A stretch of 64,000 bases of DNA from the human T2T-CHM13v2.0 reference genome, Homo sapiens. Positions 15,105 to 29,790 of this stretch are shown here, one piece after another. A model generated the notes under the pieces. That model was not told the origin of the DNA and made no database searches. It saw nothing but the letters and a program-made list of their open reading frames with translations. The position numbers and the translations under genes were made by a program. Position 1 is the stretch's first letter; each line of letters starts with the position of its first letter. Where the stretch lies: the NCBI RefSeq assembly GCF_009914755.1, contig NC_060937.1. One strand, given 5' to 3'.

Positions 15105-16031
15105 GTGTAGTGCTTCAATCAGGATCCCATCTGAGAAGTAGAATCACAGCAACATTAGGGATATATGCAACATATAGCAAATAATGGCCTTATATAACTG
15201 TAGGGTTGACTAAGCAATTCCGGTCTTCAGCTTAGGCAGTCAGGGAGGGAAGTTGAGCAGGCTAGACCCCCACATGTTCTGAAAGTTGACCATGGGCAAC
15301 AGTCAGAAGAGAAGATTCAGGGCTGGGGCCCAGGGGTTGGGGCAATTACAATGCCAGGGGCTATTCAGAGTCTTTCCCTCAGGCAAGGCCTAAGACCTTT
15401 TGAATTGAACTTCCAACTGCTTATGTCAGTTCCCTCCTCCCCCTGCCTCCAGCATAGTCCTCCTTTTGACTAACTTGAAATCACTAATTAGGGACTATAC
15501 GAACATCTGTAAAATTGCTTCACAACAGCACCTAGATTTGTGTTTGATGAATAATTGGGAGAAGGAGTGTGTGTGCTACAAAATGGCCACTACTCTTTCT
15601 TGTCCTTCATCTCTCCTTAAAGAATGTCTCTTATAGGACAGGCGCGGTGGCTCATGCCTGTAATCCCAGCACTTTGGGAGGCCGAGGCAGGCGGATCAAC
15701 AAGGTCAGGAGATCGAGACCATCTTGGCTAACACGGTGAAACCCCATGTCTACTAAAAGTACAAAAAATTAGCCGGGCTTGGTGGCCGGCGCCTGTAGTC
15801 CCAGCTACTCGGGAAGCTGAGTCAGGAGAATTGGCGAGAACCCAGGAGGCGGAGCTTGCAGTGAGCCGAGATGGTGCCACTGCACTCCAGCCTGGGCCAC
15901 AGAGTGAGACTCCATCTTAAAAAAAAGAGAAGGTTTTCTTATAGCCTATCCTAACAGGAATCATACTAGAAAGAACATTCTGGGGACTGTAGTTCAGCCT
16001 AGGCGAGATGCCATGTTAAAAAGCTATCACA
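15105..16031 (-). mobile_element. ERVL-class solo LTR (MLT2-related) split by an Alu
   Basis: 'acatctgtaaaattgcttcacaacagcacctagatttgtgtttgat' and the terminus 'tgtagttcagcctaggcgagatgccatgttaaaaagctatcaca'. Confidence 0.6.
15636..15926 (+). mobile_element. AluY-type
   Basis: 'gagatcgagaccatcttggctaacacggtg' and 'ggcggagcttgcagtg'; degenerate TSD ending tcttata. Confidence 0.93.
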
Positions 16032-16880
16032 GCTGGAATATATCAACTTAGCTAAGCTGAGCTAAAAAATAGTCCCCAAATTCAGTTTTTTTTAAAGAAG
16101 ATATTGATTTGGAATAGTACAATGGTTCAAAGATATATAAGTAGCTTCTATTAATATTTGCTTAGGAAGTAACAAATAAGCATTGGCAGACACTGTGAGT
16201 TCAACATAGACTGTCTCTTCTCTTCTGTCTCACAACTGCCTTGCTCCTCCCATCCTACACTGTTTTGCATGTAACTACTGCCAAAAGACCTGGTTTTACT
16301 TAGCCAGTGAGAAGTAAGAAAAATTATTTTAGAACGTTCCTAGGAATATCGTTGCGTCGCCTGTTTCATTTAACCCTGGCTTTCCTGTTTATTCTTCTCT
16401 TAAACACAAGCATAAAAGCAGAAGTTGGAAGAGCTTGCATGTTTTCATCATGGAAAGTTAATAATCAGAGATTTCAGTTCCAGCATGCTGAGGTATGGAA
16501 CCTCCTTCTTATCTGAAAATAGTAAACCATATCTAAAATTAGTATAGTCAGGATTCCTATTATTGCTGATGAACACCTATTTATCTGTATCGTATATACA
16601 ATTTTAGCTATAAATCTTCGCCTCAAAAATATTTAAGAGAATTATCCTCACCAATGTGCACATAAACATATGTGCAAAGTTGCTTATTGAAAAATTAATA
16701 GCTTATAATAGCAAATGTGGAAACCAGGCTACATATATTTATATATTAAAAATGGATAAATTATTTTTAAAATATAGAATCATGTAACCATAGGTGAATA
16801 AGGGCTAAGTAATGCATACTGTGGTAATAACTTGTGAATAGGTGAGCCAGGATGCAACAACGAAATTCTCCTTAATTGAT

Positions 16881-17007
16881 TATCTAGTTGTTTAATTCCT
16901 GTGTTGTCTATCTTTGTCCGAAGGCAAAATACTTCAGCTATTAGAAAAAAAATTGAAATACTCTATTCAAATAATTGTTTTCCTGTGTTAAATTTCAAAG
17001 TCATCCA
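16881..17007 (+). repeat. Dispersed direct repeat, copy 1 (pairs with 18775-18899)
   Basis: About 80% identity over ~127 bp by manual alignment. Confidence 0.8.
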
Positions 17008-18774
17008 TCTTTGTAATTCATGGTCTTAGCATCCACAATAACCTGGTTTTATATTCATAGAAATAGAAATATTTTATAATAAATTATTAAGTATAAAAAC
17101 AGATGATAAAACTATGATTTATACAAACTTATTTTACCGTAACAACAGATTCATACAAACAATGTACATATGTATTATTTATAAATATATTCACTTTATG
17201 CATATATGAGGTATGTATTGTTTATCTCTATATTCTATTTTTTAAAAATAAGTATGTGTAAAGTTAAAATTCTGTTGAATTTTCTTTTGAAATTTAATAT
17301 GTTAAAGTCATGTTTTATGTTTATACTTGAATAAAACTTTTGCACAAAGGAATGTATTCAAATAATATTTTTAAAAAACTAAGAGGAATGAATAGTTCTT
17401 ATAGACTGAGTTAATGTTAACAGTTTCTGAGAAAATATTTTAGAAATAAACCTTAAAAAAACTATAGTCTTAAGTTTACAAACTAATGAGAGATAATTAC
17501 TAAAAGTAATCTTGAATACTTAACATGAAGTTTTTTTTATCTTTTTGGAAGCCTACTTAAAACTCACTTTATGATAATGAGTTATACAATAAGTATGCAC
17601 TTTATTGTAATTGGTATTTTAGATTTTTCAAAATGTCTGGCATTTGTTTCTAAATGAATGATATCTAACTACTGTTTTACATTCTCTAAAGAACTTGGAT
17701 TAATAACCCTTTTACTAAAAGTTTCTCCATACGAACTTTGTCAGTGAAACTATCATTTTTCTCTTTCATCATAAGAAAGCCCACTCCCTCCAACCATTTA
17801 TTCTATACCATTATTTTCCTAACTGTAGTTTTCTCAGTGGATATTTTAACCCTAATTTGCTAAGGTATCTCTGAGTAGCTGACATACATAACTGAACCCA
17901 GCACTTCTACAAAGTCTCTCTTCTGTATTTCTGTAATATCTTAGCATAATACTTTAGTACTTACAGGTTTAAAGGTCTTCTTCCCTCCCTTACAATAAGA
18001 AACCAAAGAGCAAACATTGCACTCTAATCGACACTATAGGAGAAACTCCTGGTACATAGTAGGACTTTATAAATATTTCACAAATTATTTCTAAAATAAA
18101 TGACATTTTAATATGAGAAAATACTTTATTTTATGTTATTTTTCATTAGATTGGAAAGTACGATTTCTTTCAGCAAGAAAATATGTGGCACATACCAACA
18201 TTATTTATGTTTACCCCATCTTTATTTCTGACCAGAATACCTTCAGCCACTTCTTTCCTACCAAAGTTCATGCATTATCACGTAGGCATTCTTTCACTGT
18301 CACGCACTGTTGCCAAATTACCACTTCTCAACTATATATATTATTTTGAAAAATGTCTTTCTTTTAATCATTACTGTCAATTCATAACATTGCAATGATA
18401 CCTATTAAATCATAATCATGTCTCTATGTCAGAATTTCCAGAACACTTTGTGTTTTTAATTAGGAGCAGTATTATACAAATCATCCTAGGCAAATCAGCA
18501 ACAAACAAAAGAAACACGATTGCTCTTCTGTGTCAACATCCCCATGATATCACTTCTGAGAAATATTGTCTTATATATGCTTGCTTACTTACCTTCCCAA
18601 TTATCTGTTTCACTTGTAATAGAGCATTGGCCTCTCTCCTGTTCAAATACAAATTTGATTTAGTTGATGATTTTAATAAATTATATGTGTGGTTTGGTTT
18701 GATTTGGTTTTCTTATGAGGTGAGATATTTTTGCTAAAGAAGCAATAAAATTCTTCTCTTGGATATCAATATAC

Positions 18775-18899
18775 TATGTAGTTGTTCAATTCCTTTGTCA
18801 TCCATTTTGCCCAAGGGCAAACTGCTTCAACTATTAGAAAAAAATTGAAATACTATCCCCAGGTAATTATTTTCTTCCCTTAAATTTCAAAGTTATCCA
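18775..18899 (+). repeat. Dispersed direct repeat, copy 2 (pairs with 16881-17007)
   Basis: Shared 'cttca.ctattagaaaaaaattgaaatact' and 'ttaaatttcaaagt.atcca'. Confidence 0.8.
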
Positions 18900-20201
18900 A
18901 GATATATTCCACATAAAACTCACGAGAATTTTCATCAGATGTTTGATGATTCCTTTGGTAAGATAATGTTTTACATAAATCACTTTTATCTGGTATAGTG
19001 TGAATCTTCAAATTCTATTGTGATTTCTTTTTTATTGAAATTGTAATGGTATTCCTTTTATTTGATTATCCTATTGATTCTTTGTATAATTAAAAAAATT
19101 AATAGAATGCAAACAGAATCAACTGCAAACACGAAAAGCCATGGTTTTCTACTGATATTCTAATCTTAGCTAGTTTTAGACCTTGAGCTCACCAGTTAAA
19201 GGGAATGTTGTGTCGCTTGAGCATAGATTCTGCAGTGTCACTGAAAGAATATAAAATGAGCATTCCTCAAATCCTTTTCCTAAAAATACCTGCAGTCATT
19301 TGCCAACATAAAAGTTATGAGGATTGTTGTGTACAGGGTGTGATCTGACACTTATAATCTAACATGTCATCATGATCCTTCAGTTAGAGTAATTCCATAA
19401 AGAACCAGTGATCAATGAAATCTTGATTCAAGTTGATCTCACAGTCATAGAATAGCGTAAAGGTCATAGATAAACTCTTAGGTTATTCCTCGTACTTGAC
19501 AACAAAATTAGGATGGTTACACCAAACAGCTGGCAGTACACTTACAAGTTTCCCTAATTTGTAGTGTAAGAACTTTTTTGGTAGCAAAGAACAAGTGGCA
19601 GTTCTTGAGAATTACTCCTGTTGCTCTGTCAGCTACAACTGTAAATCAGAAGTCATGCTATATATCCTTGGTAAAATATTAGAGATGATCAACACCCTCA
19701 GATACATAAAGGAGATAGGGTTTATTGTCCCACTGTATCTGCTTTTATCTTATGTTTGTGATTCCTGAGGGGAAAAGATGGAGTATAGTAGATTATTCTG
19801 CATTATCTTAAATTTGACCAAGTGGCAGGATCAATTCCATTTGTTTTGCCAATGTGGCATCTTTATTGGAACAGATCCATACAGTCTCTGGAGAATGTTA
19901 TGCAGCTTTTCATCTAGATAATGCATTTTTTTTCAAACCCCATTAGTAAATAGGATCAAAATCAATTTGCTTTTATGAGGGAAGAATAGCTATGCTTTAT
20001 TACTTTCTTGCCTAAGCTATATCAGTGTTCCTCCAGGTCACTGTCAAACTTGATCATCTCGACACAAAGAGCATCTTGCTAATAACATATACACTGTCAC
20101 ACAGACAGTGCTACACAGATAGAATGGTGGGATGGCCTATGAAAGGCCTAAGTTTCCAGCTTTGGGATCAATTTATGTGGGATTGAGCCATTATCCCCTA
20201 G

Positions 20202-20629
<428 letters not shown>

Positions 20630-20787
20630 TGAGTTTGGGGCTGGAGGGTTCACACTGTCAAGGAAAACAAGAAGTGTTACAATGAACAGGAATCTGTGAC
20701 TGTCATTTAGCCACTTTGACTTGTTATTCCTGTGGATCAACAGGCATGGAAAGGAGTTAGTATACTATCAGTGACAATTGACACTGA

Positions 20788-21184
<397 letters not shown>

Positions 21185-21424
21185 CCAAATCTTGTTTTTT
21201 AATACTAGTAATAACTGTGAATGGGCAATTGCACCGAATTTAAACTAACCAAAACAATTAAGGGATAAAGTCCTGGTTTGCCCCTACCAGGCAAGCAAGC
21301 TGGACCAACTGAAGTGCTGAATGAGGGTAAAGGAGTTCTAGAACAGATGGTCGAGGAGAAAAATGATGGAATACCTATTATGGAACATGGATGTGAGTTC
21401 CATTTGGATGAGTTCCATCCAAAG

Positions 21425-22039
21425 GAAACCATTTTGGAACTTTAAGGTTTAATATCTGCCCTATTGGATTTCAGACTTGCATGGGTACTCTAGACCCTTT
21501 GTTTTTGGGCAATTTCTCTCACTTGGAGTGGGTGTATTTGCCCAATGCCTGTACCCTCATTGTATCTTGGACATTTGAGTTAATGCTGGAATGAGTTGAA
21601 ACTTTGGGGGACTGTTGGAAAGGCATAATTGTGTTTTAAAATGTAAGGACATGAAATTTGGGAGGGGTCAGGGGCAGAATAATATGGTTTGGCTGTGTCA
21701 CAACCCAAATCTCATCCTGCATTATAGTTCCCATAATCACACATGTGGTGGGAGGGACCCAGTGGGAGATAATTGATACTTACTCTCATGTTAGTAAGTA
21801 AGTTCTCACGAAAGCTGATGGTTTTATAAGGGGCTTCCCCTCTAGCTCAGCTCTCATTTTTCTCCCTCCTGCTGCCATGTGAAGAAGGACGTGTTTGCTT
21901 CCCCTTCTGCCATAATTGTAAGTTTCATAAGGCCTCCCCAGCCATGCTGAACTGTGAGTCAATTAAACCTCATTCCTTTATAAATTACCCAGTCTAGTGT
22001 ATGACTTTATTATTAGCTGTATGAGAACAAACTAATAAA
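21425..22039 (+). mobile_element. THE1 internal 3' end (21425-21679) plus THE1 LTR (21680-22039)
   Basis: Polypurine tract 'gggaggggtcaggggcagaa' followed by 'taatatggtttggctgtgtc...gagaacaaactaata'. Confidence 0.88.
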
Positions 22040-22199
22040 ATTGGCTACAGCAGTGGGAACTATAACTTATGGGAAGAGACTCTGAGATTAAATGTATTTG
22101 CATTTAGGGTCCCAGAAAAGTAGTGTACACTGGGTTTTCACAAAAGCAGAGCCCCATGTTGTAGAACTGGATATTGGAAGAGAATAAGAATAATTTGGT

Positions 22200-22764
22200 C
22201 TTGTCAGTGTAGACTACATCACTTACTCTTAGATACCACTTCAAGTTCTCTTGCACTGGGACACAGCATATTGTGTCATCCTTGCTGCCATAGAGAATGG
22301 CCTCCTGTGTGCACAACCATCACATTTTGTCTCTTGCCCATGCTCTATACCATTCAGCTGCAATGCTAGGTTTTGTCTTCTGCACAGAGTCCTAAGATGC
22401 CATCAAATTTGCATTGTGCTCATGTGTGTGCAACCAAAAGTGCAGGTTAATATCTTATAGGGAAAAGTCTTTGATCAATGTAATACTGGAAGCAAAAGAT
22501 AAATTATTTCTTCTTTTTTCATGTGGAGGAATTTCCAGAAATTAATATAGTTTCCCAGATAAGATTTCTGAGAAGCCAAGTAATAAATTATACAAGATAA
22601 AAAATGGTAGCTAATTCAATATGCACTTCCAAAATTTTTCTCCTTTCTCAGTCTCATTACCTTTTAAAATCAATACTGTATTCTTGGGTTTGTACCTCTT
22701 CATCAAATATTAACACACGATATTTTTCTCATATTATATTTCCTAGGACACCCATGCCAAGACA
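22200..22764 (+). mobile_element. LTR16/LTR33-like ERVL LTR, probable 3' LTR of the decayed ERVL
   Basis: 'gggaaaagtctttgatcaatg...gataaattatttcttc' and the terminus 'tttcctaggacacccatgccaagaca'; left boundary approximate. Confidence 0.55.
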
Positions 22765-23937
22765 AATGTAAATAAGTGGACCAGTTCTCTTACTGAGTAA
22801 ATATCTATCTTACACACATTTTTAGACAAATTTTGGCTACTCTTACTCTCTGCCTCCTTTTCTTCTTTCTAAGTTACTTAATGTAACTACTCCCCTAGCT
22901 ATCTTATTTGTAAAAATTCCATCTATTCTTTAAGGCCCTAAAAGATTCCTGTTCTAATTGCTCGTACTACTATTTTATAAGGTTTTTCAAGATGTAATTT
23001 TTAAATATTATAAATTGTGTTAATATTCTACCTTTCTATCTATATTTTAAGTTTATTCATGCCAAAGATTGTGTCTATTTCATCTTTCTAGTACTCATCA
23101 CGCCTATTACAGTCTTTTAAAAATGCAGTATAAATGTTTACTTTGATGGTAATTTATGTTTTCTTCTCTGTGTTATTTTTTTTTTCCTCTTTCTACACCT
23201 CCTTTTAATAAGCAGCCAGGACGCTGATGCTCTCATACCTCACAAGTGTTAATGTTTCAAGGTTTAAAGCTTTTGTACAAACTACCTTCCTACATTTTTC
23301 TTCTTAAATTCTCATTTTGTGGGACATTAGTCACAAAAAAATGAGTTTTTTTGGAACACCTTTTAGAATAGCAGCTGAGAGGATGGTTTTCTGCCTTAAA
23401 TGTTTTTTCTTGAAAGATTATTGAGATCAGATGGTTTTGCTGCTATAATTGACTCATGCCCTGCTGGGTATTTGCATCCTCAAAGGGCAGTAAGTTCTCA
23501 GAGGGGGAATGGTTACATAATGCATCCAGGAATACTGGACATTAAGCTTTAGGGATAATGTAATCCATCAAAAATTTTGTGCTTTAATTGCCTCACTGAA
23601 GCAGTACCTTCTGAATTATTACACAGGCCTCAGGGGGGGCAAAGGAGATTGAATAATGAGTAATATTAAGTTTTCCAGCAAGCATACAAAACTGCAGTTC
23701 AAAGTGAAGTTTTATTAGATTAAATAAAAAATTATAACTTAAAATTTCTTTTATCCCCTAGCTTGTGGACTAGGATTCATGGCCATCAGACTGAAAATAA
23801 GCAATGAATTGAATTGGTCATACATCCCAGATATCTGAGTGAACAGTCATTCTCCTGCTCCCCCCGCCTTTTTTTTTTTTCCTCCCTGTAGGCTATTCTC
23901 TTTAGCAGCATTAGCTAAGTATTTGTTTGCTCCTAGG

Positions 23938-24155
23938 CTCTGGATAACATGAAGTCTTTTCAGTCATACCCTTTAAACACCAAGATCTTCTTTCTCCCTT
24001 AAAACGTGCATTTGCTTTTACCCTTGAGTTTTCTGTTATCTTCGTATCTGGCTGGGTCATGTAAGTCTATTTGTCATAGCTATAAATCAAATCTTGATTA
24101 GTTAAGACCATTTTCCAGCCTCCACATTCCCTATGAATAGGACCTTAAAAGCCAG
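23938..24155 (+). repeat. Donor copy of the 218-bp dispersed duplication
   Basis: 9 substitutions relative to 27740-27957, no indels. Confidence 0.97.
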
Positions 24156-24828
24156 TCAAAAGTAATCATGTAGTTTTTTTTTTATTATTTTTCCTTTTTT
24201 AATCACTTCTCTTTATTGGTTATTTAACTTTCCTAGTCTCTTATTTTTCAGAACCAGTATAATTCCTTCTTAAAGCGTATAAAACCAGATGGCTAAAGTG
24301 GACACAGAGAATGCTTTAACTTACCAGCATTTACAAGGTTTCATTCAAGATAATACAACAAATATTTTAGTTAATACATTTTATTTTAATTCCTTGTTTT
24401 GAAATAGGTATTTTTGTTTTGTTTTGTTTTTCTCCTTTTAAGACAGAATGTATTATTAGTCTCTGGGATTTGCTGTAAGTATTTATTATTTAAATTTTGA
24501 AATTGAAGGAATCAAAAAGTAAAGTGTCTTTTTTTGAGATTGAAAATTGGAATTCAATGTGATTTTCAGCTTTCATTGTTTATATGGAAACACTTTATTG
24601 CCAAAATACTGACAAGTCCATTTCTATCAGGAATTTTGATTCTTATTAAAATTATAAACTATTAGTTTGATATTTCTTCTGTTTTTTTAAAATCTGTGTT
24701 CATATATGTTAAATATATTTTAAAGTTTTTGAGAACTCGGGCTATGAGGGTGATGTCAGGTCTCAGGAGGTATGCAAGTTTATGTGTCATCGCTGGGAAA
24801 GACGAAAACTAGCATCATGCAAGTAATT

Positions 24829-25397
24829 TGTATCAGTTATCTCTTTCTGCATGACATATTACCCTAAAATTTTGCAGCTTAAAGTAAAAGACATGTATAA
24901 TATCATAGTTTCTGTGTATCAGGAATGTGGACAAACCTTAGCTGACTGAATATCTATGTCTCAAGTTCTCATACAGGGTTGTGGTTAAACTTGCAGCCAG
25001 GGCTACAGTCTCTCCTGAACACTTGGCTAGGACAGGATCCACCTCTAGGACTTACTTATATGATTTTTTAGTATTGAGTTCTTGTGAACTGTTAGACTGA
25101 GGGCCTCCTTTTCTCTCTGGCTATTGGACAAAAGCCTTTTACAGTCCTTGCCACAAGGGCTTGTCTATAGGTCAGCTCAGAATATGGCAGTTGGCTTCCC
25201 CTGAAGAAAGTGTCTGTGAGAAAGAGAAAAGGCACTAAGAAGTATAGTCTTTGTGTAGCTAATCTCATTAGGAACATCCCATACTTCTGGCACATTCCAT
25301 TCATTAGAAGTGAGTTAACAAATCCAGCCCATATTCAAAAAGAAAGGATTTCAATGAGGCAAGGATCATTGAAAGTAGTCATAGAGGTGCCTACACA
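24829..25397 (-). mobile_element. MLT1 (F/G/H-like) solo LTR
   Basis: 'tgtatcagttatct...catattaccctaaaa...cagcttaaa' and 'cttctggcacattccattcattagaagtgagttaacaaatccagcccatattcaa'. Confidence 0.75.
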
Positions 25398-27279
25398 TAA
25401 CTATTGGTCAGCTCTTGTGAATAAAATGCAACACTACAAATAATAAAATAAAATTAAATCAAGAAAGGTGCATATTTTTAAAAATAATATGATATTATTT
25501 AACCTCCAGACACAGCACTTTCTCAACTACAAATTCTTGCTATCTTGTGAGAACAAATTCTTGCTATCTGGAGTTAGGAAAACATAAGTGAAAATAATAT
25601 AAGTGCTGGAAATATTTGACATTTACAAAACTTGTGAAGTGAAACGTGTGGATTGTGAAGTCGTGGTTCAATCTGACTACGCCATCTTTAAAGGGAGATT
25701 AGAAACCTACCTCTGACATATTTGCATATCTGGTATTCTATGATCTGTTCCCATACAGATTCAATAGCAAAATAATGGCCCTATCTGCATTGTTATTTTT
25801 AGGTTTAAAAATTGTTTATCCTTTGCTAATTAACCATTGAAATACAGCTCCTGGAGACTATAAATAATTATAAACATTTTTAACAAATACCATCACAAAT
25901 TTCACATAAGAGATGTTGCCAAACTTTGCTGAGTGATTTACCGAAGGGATGCCCAATGTAGTTTCTTAGCATGGATCTTCTAATACTTCAATTTATCTCA
26001 ATGCAACTCTTCATGTAAAAGAATTATTATAAGCTTTCTTTCCATATAATAAAATGAAGTCATATTTAGGTTTTTCTGATTTTTGTATAAATAGTTATTT
26101 ATTCTGTGGAAAATTTGGGGCTACAGCCTGATTATGAATGATGATTTGAACATAAAACTGGCTAAATAAATATTTTTTCTGAACCATTAGACAGCTTCCA
26201 ACTATTTAAATGAATGTTGATGCATTTAGAATCAGGAAAACAAATATTTTTTAAAATTATTATTATACTCATTATGTCATAAGAGCATACACTCAAATCT
26301 AGGCAATAATACCATAGCCAAATTATCTCTGCCCTAAAATGTTTGGTCTCTGTCTCTTACATGATTTTGTTAATTGGTATTTGCTCTGTGCCCAGAATCT
26401 CCAAGTTCTGTTATTTTCTGTGGAAATGAGCTGTGGTGAATTAGGTGGTTTTCGTCTTTGGTAGCCCTTTATCTGTCTGCATTCACAGAGACATGAGTAG
26501 TCTCTTAAAAGATGTTTGAGTATCTTTACTAAGGCCAAAGTAAACGTCGTTTTACATTTATTTATCAATATTAACTGAACAGAATTTTAACAAATATTGA
26601 CAACACTGGGGATTTTTTGGTATCTGAATGCAATTATTTTGGCATAGGCATTTTTTCTTTGGTTTAAATAGTCTAAATTTGTTTAGAACTAGCATAAAAT
26701 CATAATAGAAAATATAATGAGATTTTACTATAAAATCATCATCTATAATATGTTTGTTGTCAGGAAATGATTTTCAGTAATGTTCATATTGCTTAACCTG
26801 GGAGCATATCTTTTTTATCACATATATTCTACCCTCTTATTTGGGGAGGAAGAGATCTTGAAGACCCTGCACCTTGTCCTTAGGCTAACTTAAGGATATG
26901 GCATAAACACTAAATTATTTGCTTCCTACACTCATTGCCCAGCCATTCATCTTTTCTTCTCCCCTACTGACCTTCAGGACCATTAATGCTTCAAGATGTT
27001 ATGTGAGTTATGAGTTTCTAATTTATGTTCAGTGAACTCAATATATTCTAAGAAAAGAGGAGTAATCAATGTGACTCATTCTTTGTAAAATTTCAAAACA
27101 GCATAAGAAAACCAATTCAAGAACAAACGAAATATTGCCAACGTTCTCTGAAATATGAAAAACTTGGGGATGACTAAGACTTCTTTCTGTACATGTCATA
27201 TTTGCTCTTCTATTGACTTACCTATCAATACCCATGGCAGCTGGAAGTCACTCAGTTTAGATTAAAAGATAAAATTGGT

Positions 27280-27996
<717 letters not shown>

Positions 27997-28185
27997 TATA
28001 TTCTGATGACATAATTGCTGCCAGCCTTCCTCTCCACAGCACAGACAAAGCTTTCAGACTTTACTTATGCCTATTCTTAGATAATCTTAAGAAATATTCT
28101 TTGGTCTTCTGTCAGGATAAATTGTCAAAAACATCTCTACATTAACTTTTAATAGGCGCTGCCTCATGAGAATACTTACATTTCA

Positions 28186-28484
28186 GGATAACATATCAGG
28201 AGTTGGGCGAGTGGGCTAAAGCATGTGCATTACAAGGCAAAATGGCGAGTTTAACTGGTATATGCCCTTCCACTAGGAACACTCACTTCGGTAAACACAG
28301 TACACATGCAGCCCCTCCCAAGTGCTGGAGGCCACTGAACTTGCAGACAGCCTGACAGCCCACTCTTGCTCACTAAAGCTTGCCTTGGTCTCTCACTCTG
28401 CCTTATGCCCCTTGGACAAATTCTTTCCTTTGAGGAGGCAGGAATCAAGTTGCTGCAGACCTGTATGGATTTGCCACTGCAAAC
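28186..28484 (+). mobile_element. MER50-like ERV1 LTR, 3' part with internal deletions
   Basis: 'caggagttgggcgagtgggct..gcatg...aggcaaaatggcg..tttaactggtatatg'; ends 'ggatttgccactgcaaaca' followed by 'tactttggt'. Confidence 0.8.
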
Positions 28485-29512
28485 ATACTTTGGTAGTGAT
28501 ATTAAGAAAATATTTTTATAAAAAATTGTCTTCTAATGATAGACATTCAAAATATTATAATTGGCTTGGGAGAGGTGCCACTCAATTTACGTTAGAAATG
28601 TGACCACCAAATTCGTTATTTCTAAACTACATATTTTATATATACATAGGAGTGAATGAAGCAATTTAACACTAAAGACAGGCTTTGAGGTTGCCTTCAA
28701 TATATTTCGGAAAATCAATCTGCACTCTGACATTTCAAAATTCATTTTTTGCATTGCAATAAAATTTCATCTATAATTCTTAAGAACCCGGTCTCTGGGT
28801 TTGGAGCATATCGTGGGTTTGCTATTGTCTCAAGGACTGGGCAAGCTGCCTTCTCCTTCCTGTGACTGTTGTCTACTGAGCTCCAATTTTCTGTTTCCTT
28901 TCACCCAGAGTGAAGTATTAGCCTTTGTATGAGTAAGAGTCTACTCTTGCTTTACACTTTTGAGAGAGACTGTAGTGAGGTCCCCTCATCTAGCAGTTGT
29001 CTCTCAAGATTCTTTCTGAAATGGTGGGGTTGAGGAGCAGTGTGCTACAGGAGTATTGCATTTTACTCCTGGTGGTGGTCATCCTAGCCTTCTCCCAAGA
29101 ATGTCATTAGAAAAGGATCTCAGCTATCCATGCAGAGGCCATAAGCAGCCTCGCCAATCCTCTCTACTTGCCTCTCTGGATCACAGAAGGATGCGGTCAT
29201 TTTTATTCTATGTGACATGCTATGCTTCACTAGTGATGCCTGATCACTAGTCCATGAGTCCTACATCATCCTACAGCCTTTCTCCTTGAATCCTGCAATC
29301 AGCAACAAACACTTTTGCAGGCTTCTGATTAGCATATGAAAATCTGTTTGTGGTTATATGCTATGAATATCTACCTTTCGAAGCAGACAATCCACCTAGG
29401 GCCTTAGGATCTGAGATTTTATTGTATTATGTGAAATATTTTGTCTAGTTAAGATACATATATTAATTCTGTAATATTTTTAAATTTTGAAAATATATAT
29501 TTTGAATTTTGA

Positions 29513-29514
<2 letters not shown>

Positions 29515-29553
<39 letters not shown>
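29515..29553. repeat. (CA)n microsatellite, ~19 units
   Basis: Pure AC run. Confidence 0.97.
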
Positions 29554-29555
<2 letters not shown>

Positions 29556-29619
29556 TTCCTTAACAACAAGATGTAAGTGGTTGATAGCTGGTGTTCCCAA
29601 CCAAAGACTGGATGATAGG

Positions 29620-29790
29620 CAAATAGTGTAGTTGAAAAAACTTTAGAGTTAGACATAAGTCATTAATATAAAGTTCCTTTGGGCAAATTATTTAAACCAT
29701 CTGAGTTTTAGTTTTGTTATCTATAAATCCAAAATAATTATTTTTCACAAAGTTGTTAAATAAGTTGATGCATGTAAAAAAAAGCACAGT
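29620..29790 (+). mobile_element. MIR SINE
   Basis: 'ctttgggcaaattatttaaaccatctgagttttagttttgttatctataaa'. Confidence 0.65.
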
